A DNA stretch of 64,000 nt from the NCBI RefSeq assembly GCF_001194135.2, contig NC_068994.1, positions 1,315,767-1,379,766 on the forward strand. The letters are read 5' to 3'. This DNA is from Octopus bimaculoides. Lineage: Eukaryota. The notes beneath the pieces were generated by a model. That model saw nothing but the letters and a program-made list of their open reading frames with translations, was not told where the DNA came from and made no database searches. Shown here one piece after another: positions 39,561 through 54,772 of the stretch (its first letter is position 1; every line of letters starts with the position of its first letter). The translations under genes and the position numbers were made by a program.

Positions 39561-41477
39561 AGGTGTCTCTCTCTGACAATGCTACACCTTTGACAAACCA
39601 TTACTCAAGGTACTCTACATGTTTCCACGATGTCAGAAAACAAATAACACTTGTTTCCCAATTATTAACAAAAGCAGGAGACCCAGGAATTGGGCGAGGG
39701 GAATGGATGATATCATCAATCCCAGTATTTGACTGATGTTTTATTTTTTGGCCCCACAACAATGAAAAACAAGAGTTGATTATGGCAGGACTTGAACTCA
39801 GGATGTGAAGAGCTAAAATACTGGCAGAAACTTTATCCAAAGCCCCAATGTGATGCAGCAAGAGCTCTCCATTAGGAACATCTGGGTCTCCCTGACTACA
39901 GAAAAAGACATAATTTTAGGAGGGATTTGTTTTTGAACACAGCAGGATATTATAAGGGAAATTCAGGCAAATGAATCTCACATGTTCAAAGTTTATTCCT
40001 CATTTCGATCAATGGCCACCTCACTTAAATATATGGATTCTCCATGTATGTATGTCACATGACCTATTTATATTTTCTGCCTGTGTGTGCCACATGTTCT
40101 TCTTCATCCAAATCTGACTGTTGACGGGGGTGGGGTGGGGAAGGGAGGAGTTGCTAAAGCACCAGACAAAATGTCTTGTGGTATTTCTTTCAGTTCTTTA
40201 CGTTGTGAGTTCAAATCCTACTCAGGTCATCTTTGCCTTCCAACTCACTGGAGACGATAAAATGAAGAAGCACTCAAACGCTAGGGTCAGTGGTATCAAC
40301 TAACCCATCCATGCTGCTTGCTGGACTCAGTAAGCATGCATGTTTTTGTCACTTGTCTGTCCATGTAACCCCGTGTTAAGATTTATTACTCCATGGACAT
40401 GTGGTTGCTTTCATCAGCTGATTATTTTGTTTCTTAAGTTAAACCCCCCCACCCCACAAACATACACCCATGCACACACACAAGACCACACACATGCACA
40501 CAAGAAGTGTACACACACTTCACTTCTTTACTCACTCTACATGTACTACATGTCTGCACATGTAGTACATGGTCTGAATTCTGTGACTCTGAAATCAATA
40601 TCATCATGGCAAAAAAGGAGAATAGCAGTGATGATGATGATGATGATGATCATCATCATCATCATCATCATCATAACGACGATGACGGTGATGGTGACGA
40701 TGAAACCTTGTCTAAATTGCCATGCCATTATTCCTAAGCCAGGCCACAATCCAGTTTAGCACCAACTCCCCCACCTTTCCCTCCATCCACCACCACTGCC
40801 ACCGCCGCCATTGCCACCACCATATAAAATAAATTACAAATAATTAATTCTCTCCATTTTATTTTTTATTAAATTCTTTAAAATTGATTTCTGACATTTT
40901 CTTCTCCATTTTTTGAGTTTTTTAAAAAATATTTTCTTCTTCCATTTTAACCCACAAACCATACCTTTCGCCACCCCACCCCCGTGTGGTTGTCATCACT
41001 ACAGTGAAATGAGGGGGGAGAGGGGGGAAAAGGAGAGACATACAGACACACACATACATGCATAGACACACAGACACACAAAATCAAACTCATGCAATGT
41101 TATACACAGCCTCCCACACACATACACTTATGTGAACTCTCATGCACACACATATATATGTGAACAGTATCACACATATACACACACACACACACACACA
41201 AACACCACCACGTATGAAAATGTAAACAGACACTTCTGTACACATGTACACATGCAACCGCACAGAGACAACCTCATACACATATGCAAACACTCACATA
41301 CACACGCAAACACAGACAACCACACAAACACATTTAAATGCACAACCACACGTATACACACATAAATACACATTCGCACATAGACACACAAAACCTCACA
41401 ACCCTACAAAATGCACAGCTACTTAAACACACACACACACACATGTATATACACGACTACACAACCATACACACCTT

Positions 41478-41587
<110 letters not shown>

Positions 41588-41847
41588 CAACCAAATATAC
41601 TTGCACAAATATACACATGTATACACAACCATGCACACACACACACCACTACATTTATGTATATACACATGTATACACAACACACACACATATATACATT
41701 AGCATATATATACACACATTTACACACAATCACACATATATATACACACTTCTAGTTAGTGAATATCTAGAATATACTTAAAAAGTCAAAGTTGCTATTT
41801 GTTACTTCATTATTGGGGGGGGGGAGCAAGGTGTGTATAACAAGAAG

Positions 41848-41888
<41 letters not shown>

Positions 41889-42045
41889 GTGAGTAAGCAG
41901 ACGTTTATATGTATATACATGCAAACAAGCATACATATATGCATTCATGCACATTTACATATATACACACATGTAGATTCATATTTATACAAACTTATGT
42001 ACACACGCAATATATGTATGTGTATATATATTGTATAAACTTCTG

Positions 42046-42112
<67 letters not shown>

Positions 42113-42612
42113 CCATATAAGTACACATATGTGTGTATATATATATACACATACACCCATGCACATGTACATACATAGACAAATATATACATAGGTACAT
42201 GCACTTTTACCTTCATGTATGCATGTATGCATACATACATATATGAATATGCATACACACACACACACATACATATACAGACACATAGAGAAACACATTG
42301 ATGTGAATGTAGAATGATGATAGGAGTAGTCGTAATGGTGGTGGTGGTGGTGGTGGTAGTAGTGCTGGTGGTGTCATTGCTAGTGTTAGGGTGATAGATT
42401 TTGTTGCTCCGGCAGGGATATTGGTTGTGGTGTTGGTGTTGGTGGTGACAGCATTATTTAAAGTGATAATGTTCTTTGAATGCTTCTGGTGTGATGTTAA
42501 TAGTGATGATATTTAAAGAATGGCGGCGCCACTAGTAGTAGTGACAACATCATAGAAGCATTTCTGTCATCATCCTCTCCATATTTCCTTTTTGCTGTTT
42601 CATTCAACCCCA

Positions 42613-42671
<59 letters not shown>

Positions 42672-44220
42672 ATACCAGAGAACTGAATAAAGCCATGCAA
42701 ACAATTCTTGCCAACTTTATTTCAAAGTTCTCATTATTTTCTACCCCCATCTTACAAATATCCATTCAAGGTTTTTATTGGTTTTTAAAGGACTCTATAA
42801 AATATTCTATATATCTCTTATGCATGCATAATTCAAATNNNNNNNNNNNNNNNNNNNNNNNNNNNNNNNNNNNNNNNNNNNNNNNNNNNNNNNNNNNNNN
42901 NNNNNNNNNNNNNNNNNATCCCCATTGTTACAATATCATAAAGAAAATACAACATTGTAAACAACTCCAAACATGACCTCTCCTTCTCATTCACTCATTA
43001 CTGCCTTCCTTGATCTCCTCCTTCTCCTGGACTCTCTACACCCCTCCCTACAATGACCTCTCACCTCCTCCCTACCTCTTTACTGACCAATCAACTGCAG
43101 GCTCATTTNNNNNNNNNNCATTATACACATAAATATGTACATTATATTTGAATTATGCAAATGAAGCAGCTCTATAATTAAAAGAATGCATGCCACAAAC
43201 TTAATATATGTGTGTTGCTTAAACACCAGAAGCTGTCTTTTTTTTTGTTTTTGTTTTTGTAATGTATACACAAAGTTGATAAACTGCAACCACGAAGAAA
43301 TGCAGCATCTCCCTCTCTTTTGTGATCTTTTCTGGGGTGATTCTATTTCACCTAACTCTGAAGTATATCGTGCTTTTTGGATCATTGCCCTCCTAGCCAG
43401 GGGCCATACCATTCGCAGCCCTTTTCATTTGGTATAGTCTCTTTGCTGCTTTTGCTCCTGCTCCTACTGATGATGATGATAGTGGTGTTTCTGCTGCTAT
43501 AAACAACTCACAGGATTCAGAACAAGTTGCCAAGCGTTTTGGTGATGAAAATAAGAAAACAAGTCTTAATTTTATATCAACCCAGTAACACCACACAGCT
43601 ACATGTCTACACCTCTATATCACTACATGTCTACATGACTACATCCCTACATGGCTCTATTACTCATTACTACATGTTTATAGCAAATCCCCATTGTTAC
43701 AATATCATAAAGAAAATACAACATTGTAAACAACTCCAAACATGACCTCTCCTTCTCATTCACTCATTACTGCCTTCCTTGATCTCCTCCTTCTCCTGGA
43801 CTCTCTACACCCCTCCCTACAATGACCTCTCACCTCCTCCCTACCTCTTTACTGACCAATCAACTGCAGGCTCATTTCACACTTGAGGTGTTAGTGAGTT
43901 ATTAATCACGTGACACTTGAACCAATGGCTGATGGTCAGCAGGGATTTGAGCAGATGTATCCACTTCCTTAGTCTGTATCGTCAGTTGTCATTAGGAATT
44001 AGATTAGGTTTGGTAGTGACTGTCTGTGTGTCTCTCTGCAACGTGTGTGGGTCAGTAACAGTGTGTGTGTATGTAAGTCTGTATATGTGGTTCACGTGTT
44101 TTAGGTGTTAGTGTGAGTGTGTGTGTGTGTATATACATGTGTGTGTGTATGAGTATACAAATATATGCATACACACACACATATATATAAAAGCATAAAT
44201 ACATATATACATATAGGTAT

Positions 44221-44258
<38 letters not shown>

Positions 44259-44679
44259 GTATACATACATACTTTTGTGAGTGTATATTACACACACACA
44301 CACACAAAATTATGTGTGTATGCTGTGTTTGACAAAAGGAATGTGTATGTGTGTGTGTGTCTACTATATCTGAAAGTTTCCATGCTTGAGTTTTGAAGCT
44401 ACAGATCCCTAATAGGCTTGCTGGACACACAGACAGACATTTAGGCAGGCAAACAGAAAGGCAGATTGATAAAGAGATTGAAAGATAGTCAGATAGTCAG
44501 ATAGTTAGATAGGTGTCACAGTATGCGCACTGAAACAACAAGTACAAATGACGAACAACAACAACAGCAACAACACTAACAATGTGATTGCATATATTTA
44601 CATACAAACATACATACATACATATACAAACACACCTACATACATGCATGCATTCATACATACATACATATATATATCA

Positions 44680-45130
44680 TCATCAGCAGAAATATTCATT
44701 TAATGTCCACTTTCCATGCTGGCATGGGTTGGACAGTTTGACATGGAGCTGGTTAGCAGAGAGTTGTCCAGACTCTAACTCTGTTGCGGCATGGTTTCTA
44801 TGGCTGGATGCCCTTCCTAATGCCAACCATTTAACGGAGTCTGCTAGATGCTTTTTACATGCCTCCATCAGGTGTGCATTGATGCAGCACCAGCATGGAT
44901 GCATCAATACAGCACCAGCACAGGTGCCTTTTAAGTGGCACTGGCACCTGCAAAGGACAAACCTGTATGTGTGGAAGACAGGGATTTTACTTAGCTTGAT
45001 GCATCTTATCAAGTACAGCAAATTGCCACATCTCCTGGTCCCTTGTCGTTTCCTCAGTGAGGCCCAGCAACCGAAGATCCTTTCTCACCATTTCGTCCCA
45101 TGTCTTCTTGGGTCTACTCCTTCCGTGCAC
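44680..45130 (-). mobile_element. 5'-truncated RTE LINE: ORF end followed by the core repeat and (GAT)n tail
   Basis: The minus strand encodes GRSRPKKTWDEMVRKDLRLLGLTEETTRDQEMWQFAV and then runs into the repeat described at 12853. Confidence 0.8.
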
Positions 45131-45611
45131 ATGCATGTGCATGTGTGTGTGTGTGTGTGTGTGTGTAAGCATAGTTATGTGGTTAAGAAGTTTGCTGACC
45201 AACTATGAGATTTTGGTTTCAGTTCCACTGTATGGCACCTTGGGAAAGTGTCTTCTGTTAGGCGCCATGGACTGACCAAAGCTTTGTGGGTTGATTTGGT
45301 AGATGGAAACTGCTTAGATACAAATGTGGGTTGAAGGCAGGTAGGGCATCCTCCAGCTATGGAAAGTCTGCCTCCATAGACTTTGTTCAGTCAATGCAAG
45401 CATTCAAAGAACAGCATAATGTGAAATGGTCTCCAACCTTGCCTCCATGAGGCCCAACACTTGAAAGGTGCTTTCACATGCCACTGGCACGAGAGCCATT
45501 TGTGTGACACCGCTTTCTGCCATGACTGTGATTTTATTTGGCTTGCTGCATCTTCTTCTCAAGCCAAACTTAATGCCAATGGTCTCAATATATATATGTG
45601 TATATGCACTC

Positions 45612-45700
45612 ACACACACTCATGCCTCCACACACACTCATGCCGCCACACACACTCATGCCTCCACACACACTCATGCCTCCACACACACACACACACA
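45612..45700 (+). repeat. 18-bp minisatellite (CACACACACTCATGCCTC) x ~4
   Basis: Direct reading. Confidence 0.85.
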
Positions 45701-46511
45701 CATGAAAGAAAGGTTCTGTGGTCCTCATGACCGATGCTTCCAATCAATAAGACCACAGTTAGTAAAGACAGACTATTGACCAACAAGAATCAACAACGGA
45801 GCTTTTAGCTGCTCACATAATCTGCTTGAAATGGTACCCAAGTTGCCCTCAAATTACATCTTAATCACAGGAACAATACAGTGCGAGCACTTTCACAAAT
45901 ATAAATACACCTGATGGGAACTTTCATCTTCTAATCACAAGGCATTGGTCAGCCCAAGGCTGTAGCAGATGGCATTTACCCAAGGTGCCACACAGTGGAA
46001 CTGAACCTGAAACCATGTCATTGAGAAACAAGCTTTCTAACCACACAGTCATGCCTGCAACTGTTATATAAAAGGCAGGATGGTCATGGAAGAAATGCCT
46101 GTGATCACAAGTTAACTCAATCAGGTCCGAGCTAGGGTTATACAACTGCAACTACCATTAAGCAGCTAGAGTTCACACTGTAGCCAGTGAGTTGTCCCAT
46201 TTAATTAAATGTTGACCCAATAGTTAATTAGATTGTTAACCCACAAGTTGCCAGTTCCATCTCTATTCCCTTAAGTCCCACACATGTGTAAATTGAAGCC
46301 AATTTATAGCCAAATTAGAACTAATAGCTATTTACATACACCTTCACAGGCCTGCTTGTCTATATGTGGGTATATGGTTGTCTATGTGCATGTGTGTGTG
46401 TGTGTGTTTAAAGGCAGTATTGATATATGCGTACATACACACCTATGCACTATCTCTCACTCTCTTCAGACACACACACACATACACATACCTACACATA
46501 CATATACTGTA

Positions 46512-46556
<45 letters not shown>

Positions 46557-46639
46557 ACTTAAAGGTGATATTGATGAATGCATACATATATACTTATGCT
46601 CTGTCTCTCACTCTCTTCAGACACACACACACACACATG

Positions 46640-46680
<41 letters not shown>

Positions 46681-46776
46681 TGTGTGTGAGTGCATGTGTA
46701 CATGTCTATGTATGCACATATATGTATATTTATGTATATATGTACATATGTATATATATATTTTTATGTGTGAGTG

Positions 46777-46816
<40 letters not shown>

Positions 46817-46865
46817 TATGTATGTATATATATATATATGTATATGAGTGTGTATATAGATATAC

Positions 46866-46903
<38 letters not shown>

Positions 46904-47109
46904 GTATATATATATATATATGCACTACACAATCTAGTTAATCACAGTGAAATTAGTTAACCACTGAGAGTGCAAAATAACTCAACACGTAGTCGGTGCT
47001 ATGACTTTTAGTCTATGTAAATTAAGCAAACCTGAAGAATGGATATCAAATATATAACATACACTTATATATCACAGAATATTTATATTTACATACATAG
47101 AGACATGCA

Positions 47110-47186
<77 letters not shown>

Positions 47187-48727
47187 ACATTTCTATGCAT
47201 TAGCGGTTTGGCAAAAGAGACCAATAGTATAAATACTAGGCATATAAAGAATAAGTCCTAGGGTCGATTTGTTTGACTAAAGGCAGTGCTCCATCATGGC
47301 TGCAGTCAGTTGACTGAAACAAATAAAAGAATAGACGAAAAGAAAACATGACAGGATGATGCTGTCCTCGTCTCTGCCAGACTCTCAGATGTTGTTAAAC
47401 ATCGCTGGTCACAATGCACTTCACATCGTCTTAGGCTTTCAACGATGCCACTTCACTGGTAAGGTGAGGAGGGTGATGTTTCCCATGATCAGAGGGTAAT
47501 CCATCACAGGGGTGGACCCATTTACAACCCAGTGGACTGGAGCAATGTGAAATGAAGGGTTTTGCTCAAGAACACAACATGCCACCCATCCTGGGAATTG
47601 AACGCATTATCTAGCAATCATCAGTGCAACACTCTAACCACTAGGCCACATGCTTTCACATAAATGCACGTGCACACACACATACACACAAATATATAAG
47701 TGTGTGTATGTGTGTGTGTGTGTGTATCTGTAAAACCGTAGATAGTTAGTTGCAAACTAACAGCACAAGACTACGACAAGAGCCGTTCAATAGCTCATGG
47801 AGGAAACATTAAATCCAAAGATAAAATTTATGACAATCTAACTCCAACAACAACAACAGCAATCACACAGCCACAACAAATATGAAGATTTATTGGTCTC
47901 CCTTAGAGAAGACATCATGTGGCAGGACATCTGGTGTTACTATAGTAACCTACTAACAGTAAAAGATTGAGTGAAGGAAATTCTTGACCCCCACCCCTCC
48001 CCCACTGACCAAATGGTACAAGTCAAATGAAGCAAGTTGGAAATAGTGCTTAGTGGAGGTCACTTGGATTGGGAGTGTCGGTGTTTGATTGTTGACAGAA
48101 AAAATCTATGTGTTTGCCTGTCTGTCTGCTTGTTTGTCTGTCTACATATCTATCTCTTTTCCTCTCTCTCTCTCTCTACATCTCTCTCCATCCATCTATC
48201 TATCTACCTATCCATCCATCCACTCATCTATCTATCTATCTATCTATCTACCCATCCATCCATCCATTTGTCTATCAATCCATCTACCTGTCTGTCTATC
48301 TATCCATCTATCTATCTATATATGTGTATATATATATATCATAGACGTCCTCATATATATGCAGATGCATTGTGCATCTAAAACAGCCATATAGATAACT
48401 GTAGGTTTAGATGTATATAGATGAATGAATATTGGCACTATTACACACACAATTGTGCGTTCATATGCACACACACGATTGTGCATTCATATGCACACAC
48501 ACACATACGTTGCAATGTGAATAATAAGCATACATAGGAGTGCTTAAGCTCAACCACACACACATACACACATTTGCATACATACACACACACACACACA
48601 CATATTGAAAACGAATTTTTATGTGATGTCCATATAATGAAATTCATATTGTTTTATATTATGTTGTATAGAGTCAATAATATACATTAACGCTTCTAAA
48701 ATGTATTCATGTATACATGTGTGTGGG

Positions 48728-48763
<36 letters not shown>

Positions 48764-48781
48764 CATATGCACATATATACA

Positions 48782-48834
<53 letters not shown>

Positions 48835-48892
48835 GTACATATATATATATACATGTGTTTGTGTATATATACACACATATATATACATATAC

Positions 48893-48989
<97 letters not shown>

Positions 48990-49379
48990 AGATAGATAGA
49001 TAGATGTAATCTATATATGTATTTTTATATATGCATGAAACATTCAAAGTTTTGTAACTGTGTATAATATTATACATAATCATTTACATATATTAGAGAT
49101 AACAAAGAGAAACTTAATGTATCTGACTCACTCTAAACTGAGCATGCTTCTGTGTTTAAGATTATGATGGTGGCACTGGTGATGGTGGCACTGGTGGTGG
49201 TGGCACTGGTGGTGGTGAAGCAGGTGATAAAAATTACTCCCATGCCAATGATAATGTTGGTATTCCTATAAAATTCTTCGGTTATTATATTTCCTGATAT
49301 TCTCTGTCAAATATTTCCTTACCAAACCTTATATAACCCCATCAGTGCTTAAAGGCAACTGCTTCAAAACCTGCAACTC

Positions 49380-49565
49380 TGATTAGAAACTCATATTCAT
49401 ACCAGTAATTATTGGTGCACTTGGTTATTTTAGAAAATGACTAAGCCAAAATTTGGAGAAGCTAAAGTCTTCAAGCAAAGAAAGAGAGCAGCTAACACAC
49501 ACTTTACAGACACAATTTATAAGTGGAACAGTAAAAATATGCAAGACTTTCTTTAAGTTTGATTA
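49380..49565 (+). mobile_element. R4/Dong-type LINE C-terminal fragment
   Basis: Translation FIPVIIGALGY....NLEKL...LQTQFISGTVKICKTFLKF, with one stop. Confidence 0.75.
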
Positions 49566-49635
49566 TGTAACATTTATAGTTTTTATTTACATTATTTACA
49601 TTTGATGGAGATTTGTCCTCATCTTGTTTGTTGTT

Positions 49636-49678
49636 AACACGTTTCGGCTGATATACCCTCCAGCCTTCATCAGGTGTC
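49636..49678 (-). ncRNA. Decayed minimal hammerhead motif in a Penelope-type repeat (cleavage triplet missing)
   Basis: Minus strand: GACAC-CTGATGA-A-GGCTG(GAGGGTATAT)CAGCC-GAAA-C-GTGTT. Helices I and II are intact, but there is no GUH between GAAAC and helix I. Confidence 0.55.
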
Positions 49679-49814
49679 TTGGGGAAATTTCAAACCTGTG
49701 TTCTCATTCTTAAGGTATTTTTCAATGTTTTTATTATTATTATTATTACTATTATTATTCAGGTCACTGCCTGGAATCGAATTCAGAATCTTGGGGTTAG
49801 TAGCTCACGCTTTT

Positions 49815-50350
49815 AAACAAATTTTATTCACATCAATGTGTTCATATTGAATTAGCATTTGTCAAAATCAAGTGTGGAAAATAACATCCATCATGTGGTG
49901 TCCATTTTCATAGATCCATTTCTGAAAGCTTGCCGGACGCAATTCACATTTTCCGGGGTCCGTACCATTCATGACACCCTCACCAGTCTCTTATTCATTA
50001 GTGTACCTCGTGTACGAAGTGCATTCACCCAACATAAGATTGTGTTATGGGTGGGAACTGCCTGATTTTGGTGAATGTTGAAGTGGTACCGAAACTAATG
50101 CTGAACTGCTGTGACAGACTCATTATTCTTCACATAACTGTTAAAGGCAAACACACGATGCTCAATCGACCACAGCACCACGGCTTTACCTGAAAAGGGT
50201 TCAGAGAGCACAGACTGAATGGTACCTGTCAGACATATGTCCCTCTCCATGGGGCTGAGGAATAGCCATTTCCCAAACGTCTGTCCTCTCTGCCCAACCC
50301 TATAGCTGTAAAATTGTTTGAGAAAGAACATCCAACCGTGACAGAATGGA
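49815..50350 (-). mobile_element. Internally deleted Tc1/mariner-superfamily element (DUF4817-like N-terminal HTH joined to extreme C-terminus)
   Basis: The minus strand gives WSIEHRVFAFNSYVKNNESVTAVQH*FRYHFNI...VPTHNTILCWVNALRTRGT...VRTPENVNCVRQA, then almost immediately WIYENGHHMMDVIFHT*. No DDD/DDE core is present. Confidence 0.75.
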
Positions 50351-50802
50351 AAAATAGATATAAAGCAAATGATGATGATGATGGCAATGGTGGCAGCAAT
50401 GAGCAGAGTAAGGATGAGGATGATGGTGATGATGGAGACACCACTGAAGATGATGATGATGATGACAATGACTACAGCATCGATGATGATAATGTCATAT
50501 GTATATACATAATAGGTGTCACCAGAGTTCTTGTAGAGCAAACTTTGATTGAAAATTTTCGTTGTGTTAACAGTATGGAAAAAAGACACATGACAATGAC
50601 ACCACTCCTTTGGATTGAACCCAGCACTAGAGTCAAGCTTATACCCATGTCTAGAAGTACTTTGATAATAAACACACATACTCAGAGTTAGTAACATCCT
50701 ACCCTACTCTCCAACACACACACACACGCATTCACATCTAATCAAATATGTATTGTTGTCATGTTGAAAGATGTGCACAATTGCATTAATGTAATGCATA
50801 CA

Positions 50803-50883
<81 letters not shown>

Positions 50884-51333
50884 ATGTATATATAATACAG
50901 CTGTTTAATTCAGTAAAGAATGTACATAGACATATGTGTATTTGTGATGCGCAATATATGATGAGGTCTCAGAATGACTTTTGCATAGATAAAATGTGCT
51001 CATATAGCTAAGTGTGTGTGTATGTATAAAAATATATGCATTAATATTTATATATATATATGTATGTGTGTGTGTGTGTGTGTGTAGGTATTATGATTTT
51101 ATTTACAAATGTGCAAATATTAAAAAGTGTATCTATCTCTATATATATATCTATAAATATGCATACCAATACATATATGTATGTATATGGATTGGTATCT
51201 ATATATATATGCATATAAATACACACACACACACTATTTAATCGGGGCACATTTGTAAATTATAAGCGTAAAAAATATAAGTCTGAGATATTAGTTTAAG
51301 TTATATTTACACACAAAAAACACTAGCATATGG

Positions 51334-51411
<78 letters not shown>

Positions 51412-51564
51412 TTCTCTTTCTCATCCTATCCCCCTTTCTCTTTCTCCATATATATGTATACATATGTACAGGTATGTATATATACACACATATATTAATG
51501 CACTTATGTGTAACTTGCATAAAAGATTTTGTATATATGATGCAAATGTATAGATATATATATG

Positions 51565-51596
<32 letters not shown>

Positions 51597-51612
51597 TACA
51601 TATATATATGTG

Positions 51613-51683
<71 letters not shown>

Positions 51684-52349
51684 NNNNNNNNNNNNNNNNN
51701 NNNNNNNNNNNNNNNNNNNNNNNNNNNNNNNNNNNNNNNNNNNNNNNNNNNNNNNNNNNNNNNNNNNNNNNNNNNNNNNNNNNNNNNNNNNNNNNNNNNN
51801 NNNNNNNNNNNNNNNNNNNNNNNNNNNNNNNNNNNNNNNNNNNNNNNNNNNNNNNNNNATATATATATATATATATATGTATATGTATATATGTATATAT
51901 AATGCTGTGTATCAGTACACTGATGTTGGAAAGCGATTTGATTGACAGCTCAATAGAGACAAGGAATAAAAAAGAGGCGGAAGATGACGACGATGATGAC
52001 TATGATGAAGATAATGATGATTATGATGACGACGACATTGGTACTGTTGTTGTTGTTGATGATGTTGAACAACAAAAAGACAATGACAACATGTAACTTG
52101 AAACACTAAGTGAAATACTTATTACAGTGAAGAATGTACACCTATGTGTGCGTGTGTGTGTGTATGGAGGGATAATGTTATACACACACTTATACACATA
52201 CATGTGTGTGGATGTGTTTATACTCTTATATGCACATATATACATACACACACATGCACATATATTTGTTTATGGAACTTGTATACTTTTGCAATTTGCA
52301 CAACTTATAGGATTTAAACATATAAGTCTACTAACTATATATACACATA

Positions 52350-52390
<41 letters not shown>

Positions 52391-52471
52391 TCTATAGTTA
52401 AATATGCATGTATGTACTTATCTTTNNNNNNNNNNGCATGTATGTACTTATCTTTCTGTATATTCATATAT

Positions 52472-52524
<53 letters not shown>

Positions 52525-52915
52525 GGTCATCGCTAGCTCTCACTGTGCACACAACCGTGTGCTGCCATCTGTTGGTGTGCTACAGAATTAGTAGGGGAAC
52601 TTTTTGATACAACCTTGTCTATCACCTATCATGACCATCACTTAGTTCCCTCATTATACTCGATTGCATGATTCACATACAATTTTTTGAGGCAGATTTT
52701 TCTAAGGCCAGATGTCCTTCCTGTCACCAACCATCACATTTTTCAAACGAAGATAATGTTTTCACTGGGCCAGACATGTTTCCGTGAAAGATTGCAAATG
52801 AAGGACGCTATTAATACAATTTAGAAATATCACATGATGACAGGAGCAAGAAACACAAATACACTAACTCCAAGACACACATCCACATACCCCCACCCCT
52901 GCACACACACATATA

Positions 52916-52975
<60 letters not shown>

Positions 52976-52989
52976 AGTGTCAACCAGAC

Positions 52990-53285
52990 CCTCAGATACT
53001 GTTATATACCACTGGTCACAATGAACTTCCAATTCTATCTTGATTGCCCCATTCTTTTCCATCTTGACTGAATCGTCTTCCCATTGTCGTGGAGGCCTTC
53101 CAAGTGGAATTTTCTACTCTCTTGGATGTTCCACTCAGTAACCGCACTGGTCCACCTGTTTCCTGTGAATCTTGTGGCATGCCTGGCCCAGTGAATCTTG
53201 TGCTTTTAGTATTCTGCAGCCACATCATTCACTCCAATCTGTTCTCGAATGAATTCATTTTGAATGTATTCTCAAAACAATATTC
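52990..53285 (-). mobile_element. RTE LINE 3' ORF remnant (second RTE family)
   Basis: Translation IQNEFIREQIGVNDV...HWARHATRFTGNRWTSAVTEW resembles RIRNEEIR..T.V.D....W.WAGH..R..D.RWT..V..W. Confidence 0.7.
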
Positions 53286-53825
53286 CTAGCATGGTTTTAT
53301 ACACACACACACACACACACACACATGGAATGAGCTTCTTTCAGTTTCCATTTATGAAATACACTCAAAACTTTGCTTAGCCTTGGGCCATAGTGGAAGG
53401 CACATGCCCAAGGTACCATGTAATGGGATTGAACTTCTTAACCACACAGCCGTGCCTGCACTTATTACACGTGTGCACGCATGCACACACACTGACACAT
53501 ACATAAAGGCGTGTGTGTGTGTATGCACTTCCATGTGTGTTAGAATGTATAGAAGCATTCAAATAGGACCACCTCCACACACCCGGGTAGGTCCCCTTTC
53601 TCTCTCCTCCTCCCCACATCGATAAAATATGTATTATGGTGAATACAAATATCTGTAGACATGACAGTAATGCTGCAACATGGTCAGAGGCTAACAAATG
53701 AAACCAGGAAAATATATAAAGAATATAAAGAGACTGAATTCATATATAAAGACTTGATGGATCTTACCTCATCCCACCACCACCACCACAACCTCTACAT
53801 TATATCCTCCATCAAATCTATCAAG

Positions 53826-53860
<35 letters not shown>

Positions 53861-54772
53861 ATATATATATATATGTACACACACACACAAACATACATAC
53901 ATACACACATATATGAATATACATACATACATTGATATATATATATATATATATATATGCATAGATTTATGTACACACGCACACACGTGTGTGTGTTTGT
54001 GTGCATATAGGAACAATAAGTCTATGTTAAACAGTTCAGCTGCCAATCAAATGTTGTAGAACATCTAAACCCTGCTACACCCACCACCACCATCATCCCC
54101 CCACCCCCATACTACCTTCACCTCACTGTCTTCTGTCAAACATGTTATTTAGTTTCTTTATGTAAAACTACTTATATATACATACATAAAAACGTATATA
54201 CATGTATGTGTGCGTGCATGCATATATACATATATATAGACACACACCTATATATATATATATTTATGTACATATATATGTGTGTGGGTGGTGTATTCAT
54301 GTACATTCTATTATACATATACACAAGGGTGTATACTAAAAGATTTTATTAATTTTTTGCTAAATTTCTGTATTTAATGCGAATCAAAGATATTTTACTA
54401 CGTTCTCATTGTTTTTCATATTGTTCTTGTTCTTCTTATGGTTTTTGCTGCTGTTGTCTTTTCTTTGTTTGCTTTTTTTTTTACTTTTAATTTCTTCTAC
54501 AAAGTTCTGGAAACTTTGCAAAGTTGTGTTTCTTGAACACTGCTATTTTGATGCTAGAATATCACACACATACATACACACATGAACACACATGCACACA
54601 CACACACACACACACACACAACGAAAGGAGAGGGCAGTAGGATTGTAGTTAACTGAACCAACAACACCACCTCCAGCCCTCTACCACAGAATATAACTGG
54701 TATTTCATTTATTGTCTCTAGAATTAAAAGCAAAAACAACTTTTGAAGGATTTGAACTCATTATATTTTCAG

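Noticed and set aside
42919-43877. ~190-bp direct repeat (42919-43108 / 43689-43877)
   Set aside because: The first copy is bounded by N gaps on both sides and looks identical to the second; probable assembly artefact.
52404-52456. Short direct repeat across a 10-N gap
   Set aside because: Scaffolding overlap artefact.
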